64,000 nt of DNA from Gordius albopunctatus (taxonomy: Eukaryota). The number at the start of each line of letters is the position of its first letter. Positions within the stretch are counted from its first letter, which is position 1. The notes under the pieces are model-generated. The model was not told where the DNA came from. It ran no database searches and was given only the letters and a program-made list of their open reading frames with translations. The stretch lies in NCBI GenBank assembly GCA_964276515.1, contig OZ193909.1:18228001-18292000 (forward strand). The letters are read 5' to 3'. The position numbers and the translations under genes are program-made. Below are positions 12,122 through 26,929 of the stretch, in pieces.

Positions 12122-15100
12122 CAGTTAATAGTTAGTTAATTAGTTATGGCTTCCTTAATCCTTATGCTGCTTACACTTTTCAAAGCAATAAACCCCCCCC
12201 CCTTCTTCCTCTCTCTCTGCTACAGCACGACAAACGCTAAATGCAAACTTGCAAGGAACAAGATTATTGAACTTTTCATTTTCCCTATTAACTTAACTCC
12301 TCAAATCTAAGGCAAAAAGTTGAGGCAAAAATTTATATCGCTAATTATGTTTAGGGGGGATTTGTGATTATTTTGATGATTTTAATGTGCGGGGATGTAT
12401 ATACGAGAATCTCTTCTCCCCTTTGTAGAGATCAAAAGTGGAACTGACTTCCGATTCAATGTATTGGCTGATTGGCAGATTTATTGGCTAATTATGACTT
12501 GGGCTATTAATATTTCTATAAAATTTAATAAGTTTCATAGTCATAAAAGTGGATTCATAAAATTGACTTTAGTTGGTTAAAATGTTGATTACTTGTTTAT
12601 AAGGATTCGTGGGCGTAGCCAAGGGTGGAGGGGGGGGGGGCAGGGAGGGGGGGGCTGCCCCCCTCTAAATCCAAAAAAATATTGAAATTTATTAAAATTA
12701 TGGCTAAAGTTTCAAAAAAGTGTTCATTTTGTCTATCCCTAAATCATTATTCCCCTCTAATTGCAATTCTGGTTACACCCATGTAAGATTAAATTTATAA
12801 TTATTTGAATTTTTCTCCCTTAAATCATAAGTATTATAATGAAGTATTAATTTAAAGACCTCTGTTAATATTTTGTTGCATATTTTAAAATCAATACGTT
12901 CTAATAACTCGGTTATTTATATGGGCTTAGGCAATAATTAAAATAGAGGGGGGGGGCGAAAGTAAAATGATTTTGGGAGAAGCAAAAAAATATTAAATAT
13001 AGTGTAATTTGAAAGTCGCCTCTTTGCAATAAACAACTTAATTGCAAAAACATTTTTTTAAATTTAATTAAATAAATTTAACATCATTTTGAATCGAAAG
13101 AATAATTATTATGTAGCAAATTGTTTTTAAATTTTTGGCTTTATGTTATTTTGCTTGAATGCAAGTTAAAAAAATTAACAATATCGCTCAGCTTACGTCA
13201 TTCATTTCTGACAAATTAAAAACAAAAAAGTCAAATTTGCAGCATTCGTGATGGCTTAACATAAATCATTCTTGTTTGCCGGAGGATTGGTTATATCAAT
13301 TGTTTTGTGTAAAGACTGTAAGCAAATAATAGCAAAAAGAACTAATGAAATTACATTTTTTAATTTTAACGTTATATTTCGCAGTAAAAATTATAAATAA
13401 AATTAATATTACACATTTTTTTGAGCTTTTTCATTATATTTAAAAATATAGTATCGTTGAAGAAAACCCCTAATCTTAATAAATTTTTTAGGGGTGAATT
13501 GCTTTTAACTTAATCACAAAGTATAAATTTAACCTGGACCGGATAAGGAAAAGAAAGTCATCAAATTAAATATTAAGCCTGGTAAAACGGGATATGCTTT
13601 AAGGGGAAAATTATCTCTTCCTCCGCACTCTAATAAAAACGAATCTGGTGCAAAATGTAATATGTGCAAAATGTAATATTCGCATTTTAGAAATTGAGAC
13701 CGGTTTTCACGCATATTCATACGCATGTAATATGTACTAAAAAAACTAGGTAATAAAAGGATACTATAATTGTTAATTTAAACAAAATAAGTTATATCAA
13801 AATGTATAATACTATTTTATAAATAAATACATATTATCAAATAAATCACTAAATCTAACCCTAACCCTTGTCTATATTAGATTTTGCACAGAAGTGATAA
13901 AAACATTCGACCGTGGGCTTAGCTAGGCAAGCAGGGTGTGATGCCCCCCTTCGATTCAAAACTTTTTTTAAACCAATATTTTTAAGGCCCCTCTCTATGA
14001 GCCTTGTTAAAAAAGCGTATAATATTATTAAATATATGCTAGCATCCATTGAATTTTTCTCATTCTTATTAACTTTCAATCTCCGGAACTCTGCTTTAAA
14101 AAAGGTGTACCCTGCCTTCGCCTATTTCATATGACTTTTTGACACTTGAAATTACTTATGATGGTGTCCCCTTCCCCTGGCTTGTCAAATAACGCTTCCG
14201 TTTTTCATTAAAAATGTCATCATGTATCACACAAGGAAGTTCTATAAAGCGTTACACATTGCGATTATGACACGCTCTTCTCTACCTTGAAGCTAAAAAG
14301 GGAGCTCTCTACTTCCCTAAGTTCATACTTGTTCAATTTCCGGACTCCTACACATCTAGCTTAATAATTGCTATCCTCTCATCATATAGAATAAAAACGA
14401 TTTTTTGATACGATCAAACAAATGATATGTTAAAGAATCATCATATTGCCCATCGACATAGCTAGGGGGTGGCAGGAGGAAGCGACGGCTGTCTTGCTCT
14501 AAATCTCTAAATTCTTTTATTATAACTATGCCTTAATTTTCAAAAAATTATCATTTTGCCCCCCCCCCCCCTAAATCATTACTGCCCAACTCTAATTCAA
14601 ATCCTGGCTATGCTCATGATGTTGCCCAAGCTTTTTGTCCTTCTTTCAAATCCTAGTTTTGTCCATAAATTGTTGACTTTAAATAGTATTTCATATTTAA
14701 ATGTGGTGTGGTGGAAAAGAAGTCAAAGTGAACATTTAACATACATGAGTTATGTTAAGGGCAAATCGGTAAAAATTAGAATTAAAATGTAGGGGTTTAA
14801 GGTAAAGCGATTCAAACAATAATGCAGCTCATTTATATTTGGCTTTAAAAACATATTTATTACTTAATTCCTATTTTAGTGGCAGGACTAATATTTCTAA
14901 AGTTTGGGAATTTTAATATTTTGAGCAATTAGACAAAAGCTATATTGTGGGCAAATTAAAACCTGATCCACTTGTTAAATTAAAAATCAAGAATGGGGGG
15001 AGGGGCAAAAAAATTTTCCTTGAATATCCCAAAATTTTTCCTGAGAGCAAAAAAAAGGTCTCGCCTATCCACAAAAAATTTTCCGGATTCAAATTTGGCT

Positions 15101-15290
15101 AATTGGGGGGGGGGCAATGCCTTAAATTATATATTTTTTAACTGAGCTTAAATTCTAACTTTTATCAAATCCTATAGGCGAACACAACTCGTTCTATCCA
15201 TCCAGCTCTACACTCCTCACTTTCCTTTGGAATGCTATAATTTAAAAATTTGATATAATTAAATATCAAAAACATGCAATTACTATATAA

Positions 15291-18200
15291 TAGTGCTGTA
15301 AACATTTGTAAAAAAATCGAACGCGTTCGCGTTCAACGTTCATTGACAAAAATCGAACGCGTTCACGTTCGTTAAGAAAAAAAAGGAACGCGTTCACGTT
15401 CATGAACGCGTTCACGTTAGTTCAAAATTTTATGATAATTTTTTTAAAATTTAATTTGATATAAATAAATGTCTTATATTTTTTAATACAATAAATAATA
15501 GCCATGATAAAAAAATGATAGTTTTATTTCTACAATATAATTGTAAATCAATATAATTATAATCTAATAGAGCGAATATAAAGGTTTTTTATTTATAAAA
15601 AATTTTTCTTATTGATTTTTAATAATAATTGTTTCTCAAAATTGTCGTCTGATAAGCAGGAACGCTTGGCAGTTAATACAGCATTAGCTATACTAAAAAC
15701 CCGCTCCACAGGGGCAGATGAGGGGATTGGAGTATTATACTTAATAAACAAATTTTTTAAAGGAGGAAATTTATTAAAAACATTTAATGTTTTGTCCCTC
15801 GCTTCAAAAAATTGCGACAAGATATCATCCTCTAATCCGCCCTCTACTTCCTCGTCAAAAAAAATGATATCTCGGAATTGACAGCTCTTTCGTTATCAAT
15901 TCTAGGGGTTTCAATCCCTTTTTTCAATAACACTAAAAGATTATTCTTTAAAGCTTCATTTTCTCGAAGTTTAATCCAAGGCCATTGAAGCTTGAACATT
16001 GGATGTATAATGGCCGAAAGAAGATATTGATCTTCATATATATGTTGAAATCTTTAAAAAAATAAAATATATGTAATTAATTTGATAGTAATAGGTTTGT
16101 TACCTTTTATTAATCCCATTTAATACAGCGTCAATCAATGGTTGACCATATTTTAGGCTAGTAATTTTTTTTAATTTCAAAATAACTATTGTTATTGTTG
16201 GAGTCAAATAGCCCAAATGCATATTTTCCTCACTTTCTAAAATAGTAAGAGCGGTATCAACAGGTTCCATGATCTATTTTAATATTTGAAATTTATTATA
16301 ATATTTATCCTAAAAAATTTTATGAGGACTTACAGTACAGTATTCTTCCAAAAATATTTTATCATTGGTTGTAAGCCTTGCTAATCCTCCCATGTCGCAT
16401 ACTTTGTCAAATAAATGAGGTTTATCTTTTATTAATGAGTCTATTAATTTTAAGGAATTATAATATGAATTCCATCTTGTAACAACAGGTCTTATAAGCA
16501 TCCTTGATAAATTTTTCTTTACATCATCAGCAAATGATGTTGACTGATTTTGCTTGTTCCATAAATTTTTGCATTTATCAAATGCACTTTTTAATATGTT
16601 TTTAAAAGATGGAATTTCTAGTGCCTTTTCAGCATCGACACTTGCCACTAAATTAAGATTGTGGCATGCACAAGAGTGATGTTTTGGTAGGTAAATAAAA
16701 TTTTCCTGCCTACTTTGATATTGAAATATTTCATATAATGAAAATGACACAATTTCATCTTCATCATCTTCAGATACTTTCTCAAATAACCTATAATTTG
16801 TTTAAAAATATAAAATGTAGATTATTTATTTATACCTAAAGGCCTTTAAAAAATTTCTTGCATTGTCAGTGACACATAATGCCACCTTGTTCTGTATCTT
16901 AAATCTTTTAAGAAGGTTTGAAATTGTTTCTGCTAAATAATCAAATGTATGTTTGCTAGTTAGCCTTTGGCAAGCTATACATGCTGATTTTCTTTCTAAA
17001 GTGACTACATCCAACCAGTGGACAGTCATGCCTAAAAATGAACTAATAATATTAAGAAATTGATTTCAAATTATGCACAAATTACCGATGGTATGATGAC
17101 CATGAATCCGCTGTGATACAAAGAAAGGTTTGGTTGGCTAAACAAGTAATTATTTTATCTATCATGATGTTATAATTTTTGGATATTTTTGATATAAGCG
17201 TTGGGCGGGACATAACATTTTTATTAGGTTGTAAAGTGGTTATCATTTTTAAAAATGAAGGTTTTTCAACTATATTAAATGGCTGTAGATCTTCTATCAC
17301 AAAATTGATTATTACATCATCTATCTGTGATTGATTCACATATGAATATGAATCATTTTTGTTACAGTTTAGATTCTGTTGTTTGAATTTTTCCCATTTT
17401 ACATTTTTATTATTTTTATCAGAAGATTTTGAAAGATATTCATTTATTTCTTTTGTCATATTATCATGATGGTTCTATAAAAATAAAATACTATTATGCT
17501 ATAGATGATATTAATAGATTTTTTAATATTTATATTCAAAGTTTTACATATCCTAGATACCTTATTTTTTGCAAAAATCTTATACTATTCCCTATTTTAA
17601 ATATATTGACAAACAAAATTAGCTTCAATAAAATTACTAGTCTCCCTTCCACATCTATGCTAAGAATGGACTAATATTAATATTAAAGTGTCTTAAAGGT
17701 ATTAAAATTTGTATCTAAGATATATACTTATATATATAATAATATTATATTACCATAAGGTGTCTTTTTAGATTTGAGCTCGACCCTTTTGAAACAGATA
17801 TCATACTTTTTGGACACATTTTACATTTGGTAATTATATTTGATCCTTTATATGAAACGAGTGAAAAATATTTTTCATATTTTGGCCATGGCAATTTCAA
17901 TTCATCTTCTGATTTTGAATATTCAGAATCTGAAGATGACGACGATATAATAATATGATTGTCCATATTAACCTATAAATTAAACTATAATTAATAATAT
18001 GAAATTAATTAACTTTAATCTTATCTTCTTTTGCACGTTATAGTATGTTAAAAGTATTTCTGAATCGGTAATAGGAAACAAGAAAAACAGCTGATTAAAA
18101 AATATAAGACTTTTTTGTTTAAAAATTCAAATTAACATTATTTTTCAAATAAATAAAAATGAAGATTTTTAAAATTGAACGAACGTTAAATTCGAACGCG

Positions 18201-18303
18201 TTCATCAAAAAAGGAACGCGTTCACGTTCAAAGTTCACCAAAAAAAAAGAACGCCGTTCACGAACGCGTTCACAAAAATTGAACGCGTTCATTTACAGCA
18301 CTA
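15291..18303 (-). mobile_element. hAT DNA transposon, near-intact
   Basis: 12-bp TIR TAGTGCTGTAAA, perfect 8-bp TSD ctatataa, arrays of subterminal GAACGCGTTC palindromes at both ends, internal transposase gene. Confidence 0.95.
15593..17966 (-). CDS. hAT transposase (BED finger, DDE, dimerization domain); 6 exons, one apparent frameshift
   Basis: Exons 17966-17754, 17474-17086, 17042-16836, 16790-16334, 16273-16104 and 16051-15593 with phase-consistent GT-AG introns; CKMC...RHLMNHH, ITADSWS, VTDNARN, CACHNLNL, TRWNS, SSAPVERVFS; frame breaks at the T8 run near 15857-15864. Confidence 0.85.
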
Positions 18304-19132
18304 CTATATAATGATGATAGATGTCTGAGAACCTATATAAAAAGTTTTTGCAATTTACTAAAAAATACTGAATATAGCCAAAGCCCCACAAAATTTTTAA
18401 TAACTATAAAAATAATCAATATTCATAATCAGATGTAATATAAAATAAACCTGCATAAATGGTATTGCAAATTTTTTTTTGTAATCATAAATTACATTTT
18501 TATGTTTTTTAATTAATCAGGATATAAGTTGATTATACATTACTATAAATATCAGGAAAACATTCATATATCACGATTGAATTATATTTACAAATGGTAA
18601 TTGCAATTTTCTTCCTCATAAAAAATGCTTCAGAAAGAGGGTAAAAAATTAGGGGGGGGGGCAAATCTTCACAAAATTTTTTTCATAAATAAAACATATA
18701 ATGCATAATAATAATTAACTATAATTTACTAGAGATTAGATTATAATACTTTTCACTATGACGTCACAATGGGAAAAGTTTCCAATCAGTGACGTCATGA
18801 TACATCTATTTTTATTTTCTTAAATTAAAAGTTCATTACCTAAATCTAAATACAGCAAATATGATAACAATACAAACAAATTGATATATTTGCATGCCCA
18901 ACCCAAAACGACCAAGACCAAACCAAAAGGTTAAATATATTATCCACCCAAACCCTTTAGGTGTTTAATACACCCAAACCTAAACGCCAAGGGTGGCCCA
19001 TAAAAATTCACCCAAAACGCTTTGGGTGTTTTTTACGAAAACGCCAAAGCCCTCCCAATAAAATTCACCTAACACTGATAGGGTTGGGTGAAAAAAACGC
19101 CAACAACTAAGGTTAGCAATACGCTGGGAAAG

Positions 19133-20420
19133 TATGTATGTATGTATGTATGTATGTATGTATGTATGTATGTATGTATGTATGTATGTATGTATGTATG
19201 TATGTATGTATGTATGTATGTATGTATGTATGTATGTATGTATGTATGTATGTATGTATGTATGTATGTATGTATGTATGTATGTATGTATGTATGTATG
19301 TATGTATGTATGTATGTATGTATGTATGTATGTATGTATGTATGTATGTATGTATGTATGTATGTATGTATGTATGTATGTATGTATGTATGTATGTATG
19401 TATGTATGTATGTATGTATGTATGTATGTATGTATGTATGTATGTATGTATGTATGTATGTATGTATGTATGTATGTATGTATGTATGTATGTATGTATG
19501 TATGTATGTATGTATGTATGTATGTATGTATGTATGTATGTATGTATGTATGTATGTATGTATGTATGTATGTATGTATGTATGTATGTATGTATGTATG
19601 TATGTATGTATGTATGTATGTATGTATGTATGTATGTATGTATGTATGTATGTATGTATGTATGTATGTATGTATGTATGTATGTATGTATGTATGTATG
19701 TATGTATGTATGTATGTATGTATGTATGTATGTATGTATGTATGTATGTATGTATGTATGTATGTATGTATGTATGTATGTATGTATGTATGTATGTATG
19801 TATGTATGTATGTATGTATGTATGTATGTATGTATGTATGTATGTATGTATGTATGTATGTATGTATGTATGTATGTATGTATGTATGTATGTATGTATG
19901 TATGTATGTATGTATGTATGTATGTATGTATGTATGTATGTATGTATGTATGTATGTATGTATGTATGTATGTATGTATGTATGTATGTATGTATGTATG
20001 TATGTATGTATGTATGTATGTATGTATGTATGTATGTATGTATGTATGTATGTATGTATGTATGTATGTATGTATGTATGTATGTATGTATGTATGTATG
20101 TATGTATGTATGTATGTATGTATGTATGTATGTATGTATGTATGTATGTATGTATGTATGTATGTATGTATGTATGTATGTATGTATGTATGTATGTATG
20201 TATGTATGTATGTATGTATGTATGTATGTATGTATGTATGTATGTATGTATGTATGTATGTATGTATGTATGTATGTATGTATGTATGTATGTATGTATG
20301 TATGTATGTATGTATGTATGTATGTATGTATGTATGTATGTATGTATGTATGTATGTATGTATGTATGTATGTATGTATGTATGTATGTATGTATGTATG
20401 TATGTATGTATGTATGTATG
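19133..20420. repeat. (TATG)n microsatellite, about 322 perfect units
   Basis: Uninterrupted 1288-bp tetranucleotide array. Confidence 0.99.
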
Positions 20421-20619
20421 TTTGATTCGAAGCGGGCTCTGGCATCGGGGGGTAATTTTCCCCTAGCTCGCTCGGAAACTCGGCCGGATCGGTGTTCGGG
20501 CGCCCGGTGCAGGGTTTTAATTGAGAGTTATGACGCCGTTTTAAAAGTTTCAAAATTTAGATAAATTATTATTAGTGAGAAATTATTTTTGTTGGTTTTG
20601 TGTTTAGTATAATCTATCA

Positions 20620-20950
20620 CTTCTCTTCTTTTCATTAAGTATTTGGTCCTATTGTCGTGGGATTTGTTTTGATAAGTTTCTTCCATCTTGATCGGGTAAG
20701 AGCCATGTAATCTTCTTGGTTTTCACTTTTGTCCACTTGCCCTTTCCACGGGGTAGTCCTCTTCCTCTCTTTCCCCGTACCTCCATGTCCTTTACCTTTC
20801 GATTTAAATCACCCGTCTTCCTTCTTCTTAGTATATGACCATACTACCCTAGCCAATTTTGGTTAATCACCCATATTTGTTTAAGACAGTCATTCGTCAT
20901 ATGGTTGAGTTGAGTATACCTAAAGCTCCACCGTATCATTCTCATCTCTG
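20620..20950 (-). mobile_element. RTE non-LTR retrotransposon 3' fragment
   Basis: Similar to the 3' end of the RTE at 30667-31030 (EMRMIRW, YGHILR motifs, GAA-like tail). Confidence 0.8.
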
Positions 20951-21277
20951 TAAGTTTTTTCTAATAGTCTTGATGAAAGTTAAATTGTTATATTTTATAA
21001 GATGTTTTGGTAGTTAAATTTTTCGAGACTTAATTCGATTCTTAGTTATTGATTTATCAAAATCATTATTATCACTGAATGATGATACGTATTATATTTA
21101 TCATATAATATGACAACTTTAAAATCTGTTGAAAAAATACGAGTATAAACAGCTAAAGGGCCGGGCTAGGAAATGTTCAATTTTAAATCAATATACTTTT
21201 TGCGCCTAGGCAAATTCAAGCTAAGGTCCATCTCAGAAATTCCAGGAATCTACCTTTGCTGGTGCTGGTGTTTACAT

Positions 21278-24200
21278 CAGTGGCGTAGCTTGCCCCCCCC
21301 CCCCCAAGGGAAAAATAAGTCATTTATTTTATTTTAATTAAGAAAAAATATAAAGATTATAATTATTATTTGTTTTTGAATATAAATTTTAATTATAATA
21401 TAAAGCCTAAACATTTGTTTGATAAATGCAATTTCAACGGTTAATTGCCTAATATTAACTTTAAATGATACTAGAAATGAGGATAACTTTTAAATTCTTT
21501 ACAATAAGGCGAAAGATTTAGCTTCAATTTTTGATTTAGTATCTTATACATGTATTAAAAAGTCAAAAGAATATGACACTTTTTACCCTTTTAAATCTAC
21601 CAATTCATCAATGGATTTAAAAATTGATTTATATTATCCGATCATCGATAGAATAATAGCAGAGTTAAACATACATGGACGTAGACAGAATTCGAATTAG
21701 AGGATGGCAATAATGATTTAGGAAGGGGCAAAATGATTATTTTTCAAATTTCAACCATAATTTTAAATAATTCCAACAAAATTTTGTATTTAGAGGGGAG
21801 CGGCCGCCCCTCTGCCACCCCCCTCCCTTGGTTAAGCCCGTGTTCAACCTTCATCCTCTTTTTTGCGATAAATCTCTTTTATCAGAAGTAATTAACCATT
21901 ATGAATTAAAGCTGCAAGATTCCGAAATAATAATGGCAAAAAATTATGTAATATATTTATTTAAATATATGAAATAATATAATAAAATTAGAAATAATCA
22001 ACTCATAATACGATCATTTTATTGGTACTAAGGCCGGGGTGGGGAACTAGAGAAAAATATATTATTATTAGGATAACAATGAAAACATATGTTAATTACC
22101 AACTCGGATTTTGGTTACAATATTAAAATATATAATTATAGCAATAATATAATCTGTAGTAGAAAATGATATACAAATATACGTATTCACATATACAACA
22201 TCATATATGACAATATTATAATTCTTTACTTCGAATAAAATGCAATGATATTTTTTTACTTATTAAAATTTTGGCCTCAATAAAATAATTTTAACTATCC
22301 CAATAACTTCATGCTCATGCGAATGATCGTTATCATTGCTAAAACGGATTAAAACTTATCTTCGTTCCACAATTGGACAAGATAGGTTATCTTCCTTAGC
22401 TTTATTGAGCTTAGAACATGACTTTGTAAATGTTATTCCCCTGGATGATATTATAAATTCGTTTGCAACATCGAGTAAAAGGCGTAATGAACTACTAAAG
22501 ACTAATTTTAATATTTAATGAAAAATTATCTGGGCTTTTAAACTTGTTTTAAACTTTTTAACACTTTTAAAACACAAACTTTTTAAAGATTTAGCGGGTC
22601 ACGACATATCATTGTCAATATAAAGATATGAATTTATTCAAAAAAATAACATTTTCTATGGAAAGAGCAGTCTAAAAAACTATAAAGAAATTTGAAGTAT
22701 AGAAAAATCAATTTTATTGTTCTAGCAAATTATAACATTTGTATCACATCACTGTGTTTGTCAACTATATAGACTTAGATAATAATAAATAGGTTATAGT
22801 TGACTTAGTTGCACAATTTATCAAATTGAGACCCTTTATTAACGCTGGCTAAAGCTTCAAAGTAGACTTTAACATATTTAAGGCAAACATTTAAGTCCAT
22901 TAGTACCATCATCAATTATAGCCCATAGTGTTTATTGCATGTTTACTATAGCGTTATAAACCACAAAGTGCGAGTGACTTTTAAAATGATAATATTATGA
23001 ATTACAGAATTGATAACTAGATGCACATATAAAAAGGGGTAGTAGAAGTAACAATAAAAGCATCATTATTATAGGAATAAGAATATGAGGTTTTAAACTT
23101 TAAATTGCACGTATTTAAATTTATGAAAAAAATAATTAAAATCAAATTTATATTCCAAATAATTATCTTCCAATTCTAAGTAACTTTGACATTAAATAGT
23201 TATTTATCGAATATAGTTGAAGCATAAAAACTTCTAGAAAACTCATGCTTTAGATTTAATCTATTGCGGTGTCATTAAATACTCTATTGTACTTTTGAAA
23301 TCGTTAAGCGGGTGCTAAAAAATCTCGAGCCACCTTAGCTTAACTAGTTTAATTATTCAAACTGATTGACCACCAATTTATAATTGCCGCATTATGCAGG
23401 ATGAGTAACTGCGAAATATAAATATGATTTGTTTATATTTACTATTCAATCAGGACTAATTCTAAGCCTATAATTTTGTAATATTTAATAATGCTATGGA
23501 TTCAAATATGTGATAAAGATATTATGAAATTATTCACATACCCTAAGGGTCAACAAAATATAATATTTACAGGAATTTTTTTAATGTCAAATATATTCCA
23601 TACATATTGATTTACACTTAATACCTTAAATGTAAATCATGCAAATTAAAATACACAATAATTTACTAAAATCGAACGATAAAAAAGTGGAGATCTTGCC
23701 GAAAAAATCTCGTATCGTCTCGATCTCGACATCAAAATTCTCGTCTCGATCTCGACTCCATTTTTCAAATTCTCACCGAGACGAGACGAGACCGAGATTT
23801 TTCTCGGTTTTACCGCATCACTAATTGGATTCAACAAAATGTACACAAATGCTAAGTTGTTCTGTGCATCTCACATCTCTAAGTTCATCTAAAATTATTA
23901 AGTAAAATTTTGATTCATTTAATTTTGACAGAATATTTTTAAGGTTAATTTAGCCGTAAAATTTGTTCATTTTAATTCTTAGGTGATGTAAAGGGGGGGG
24001 GTTGTACAAATATATCTATAATAACATCAGGGGCAATAACTTCTAAATACTCATTCTCGAACGAATTTTAATTTCATAATTAATTTTTATTATATTTTAT
24101 GATATAATTACGCCTTTTGAGGATCTAGCCTTAAAAAGGCTTTTAAATGTTCTCATTGTTTTCCTGATATAAATGTTGCCTAAAAATGTTGCCAATACTG

Positions 24201-24711
24201 CATATGTAAAATTAAAATTTGTTATATATATGGCCCGATTTTTGCGGTTGTGGCAATAAAATATTTTTATAAAAACTGTGTTGTATAGTTTTTTTACTAT
24301 TTGTATTATTTTTTAAAATTTCAAAGATTTCTTGTCAACATCCCCGTTGCACTTTGTGCCATTACAATTAATTTATACAAAAACTTATTATACCAAGTGA
24401 ATTTTTCTATATTGTTTAAACTACATTACTTTGTTTTATTTAAATTTTATTTATTTTATGCCCTAGAAACATGCGGGTCTAAGACATACCAATGTGATGT
24501 TAATACACAAAGTAGTATCAGAATTTTAAGTTTGTCCAACGTTTATGAGGGTAAAATTTTTCATTTGCATTCGTTCGACCCATGGTTGTATCCAGGTTTT
24601 GGATTAGGGGGGGGGGGGCAAAACATAATTTTTTTTAAGTGTTAAGGGCTTTGGAGTTAAATTTTTTTTGCCCCTCCCCCCCCCAAGGCAAAAAGGCTAG
24701 CTACGCCTTTG
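21278..24711 (+). mobile_element. Degenerate hAT transposon
   Basis: TIR CAGTGGCGTAGCT / AGCTACGCCTTTG, perfect TSD gtttacat; decayed transposase ending in LKRIKTYLRSTIGQDRLSSLALL (22336-22518); nested MITEs. Confidence 0.85.
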
Positions 24712-25019
24712 GTTTACATTCAATTATTCTTAACATTTATTTATCAAATTTATCAAATAAGACTTGTTGCAAGCATTAAATTCTGTCGAGTTTAAAAGAT
24801 AAAACAACTACAAAACAACACTCAAAATCGTATAAGAGATAATCGAATAAATGATAATGTTTTCAAGTTATTAATAACCGACATTTTAAGCACACAAACC
24901 TTGCGCTTATTTTACTTATAAATAATTGTAGAAATGTAAATTATCGGATAAGTGGTAAAATTTCAAGTAAAAACCATAGTCATTTAAGTGATAATTTATT
25001 ATATATTAGTTATAATTTT

Positions 25020-25860
25020 GTGAAAAAATGGTCATAGATGACCTGAAGTTTATTTGAAGAAATAATTAAAGAATGGCACTTAACTAAAAAATATATAGTT
25101 TTGCCTTATGATGACAATGCAAGTTGTCATAAAATAGACATGAGGCTAAATCATTTCAAAATTATGTTTCCATCTCCGAACCCTACCTCTATAATTGAAC
25201 CGTTAGACCAAGAAGTTATACCATCCTTTAGAAATTATTACAAAAACTGCTAATATGATCCTCAAAAATATTAATAATAGGATTTATTTAAGTTTAAGCG
25301 AAGCGACGGCTAAACACGCGATAAAATGGATCCGCAAAATTTCTTGGTTTTAATAATACGCTATACCTATTTATTTGCTATACAAAAAAATAAATTAATT
25401 TATTATCGAGCGATCGCGAGGTAATATAATATTAATAATCGCTAAATCATGGTATTAAAAAAGAACTCTGCGTGAGCGCGAGTTAAAAATAATAATCGCT
25501 AAATCAGGGTAATTAAAAACGATTAAGATGGGTAATAATAAACGTATCTATTTTTATCATAGATATACTAACAAATATGAATCATCATAAACGGAACGCG
25601 TATAAGTGTATGTGTGGGGAAGGGGGAATAAACAACTTGGCACATCTCCAGAGTAAATGTTTTTTAACTAAAACTTCTGAGTAAAAGGGGTAATAAAAAC
25701 GTTGAGAAAGGGTGGAACACCACAACTGCATTATTCTAAAACGATAGGCTATTTGAAAATAATGGGGAAAACTTTGCTAAAAGATTTTTTTATGCATTAT
25801 TCCTAATTGATGCTTCATGGAAGGTGTCAAAAAATATTGCAAAACAGTGGAAATCGTATA
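25020..25860 (+). pseudogene. pogo/Tigger (DDE_1) transposase remnant
   Basis: Manual translation DNASCH...PNPTSIIEPLDQEVIPSFRNYY (25110-25250), resuming after an insertion as LIDASWKVSKNIAKQW (about 25800). Confidence 0.65.
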
Positions 25861-26929
25861 GTTTATAAGTGATAGGTTACCGCGACATTTTGGGCACATA
25901 AAGCATCATTTACGCAAATTTGCTTATTCTACTTCTATTGCTCTATTTCCGTATAATAGATTAAGATGTTTATTATGCAAAAAATTTTAAACAAATAGTT
26001 AAAGAGGGTCTAAGGCCCTGGCCCACCCAAGAGAGAAAACTTGGCCCCATGCCCCCCCCCAAAGGAAAAATCTTTTCAAGCAATTTTTTAAAATTTTTTT
26101 GTAATTAAGAAACAATATCATAATTATAATTATTTGTTTCGGAATAAAACTAATTCTGAACTTAATAATGTCAGAAGAACTGAGATATATCAACATTTAT
26201 TGGCACTTTGTTAAAAGTATTTTCATTTTTATCCTTATTTAACGCGCAAAAAATAATAAAATGAGATTTTTAAATTTATTTAGCCACGCAGGAGGGGACA
26301 CGACCGTCCTATAATAATAATTGACGTTAAAAATAAGAAAAAAATGACTTTGATTTAATGTTTCAAATCGTAAATGTTTCCATTTTCCGCAGCACATGCC
26401 TACATTTATCACACTACACTACCTACACGCATGACGGTGTAGTATTCAATTCGCGTAATTTTGATATCGCGTAAGTCAATCAAACACGTCAATCATGTAT
26501 TTCTGCATTATAATTGCAAAAAAGATTATTATAGGCTGGTATAAATGTCAATCAAAAATTGTGGTTTGTTATACAAGATTTTTTAATAAAGGTTTAACAT
26601 AAATTAAGCTTCATTAAATATTTAATTTTATTTTAATGGAATATTTTTTTTTAAAATATTTTTTAAATATATTTTGTTTTTTATATAAATTATATCAACT
26701 TATAATTATACTACTATATTTGTAATCTTATAATCCCTGATGATCTTAGGTGTCATATATTTGGTTTTAATTCTTTTATAAGTGATCCAATCTATATAAA
26801 TTTAGCTTATTAAATTTATTTTGCATCTGATAAAGCTGTTATAATATAAAATAATGATATAGATAATATTATTTTAATAAATAGATATATTAAAACCATG
26901 TTTTGTCAAATATCAATTAGACATTGGAA

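Noticed and set aside
20440..20530. tRNA-Lys-like or HDV-ribozyme-like pieces (TAGCTC.CTCGG, GTTCGGGCGCC)
   Set aside because: No cloverleaf or nested double pseudoknot could be built
19069..20564. Long HTYI / MYVC repeat ORFs
   Set aside because: Translation artefacts of (TATG)n
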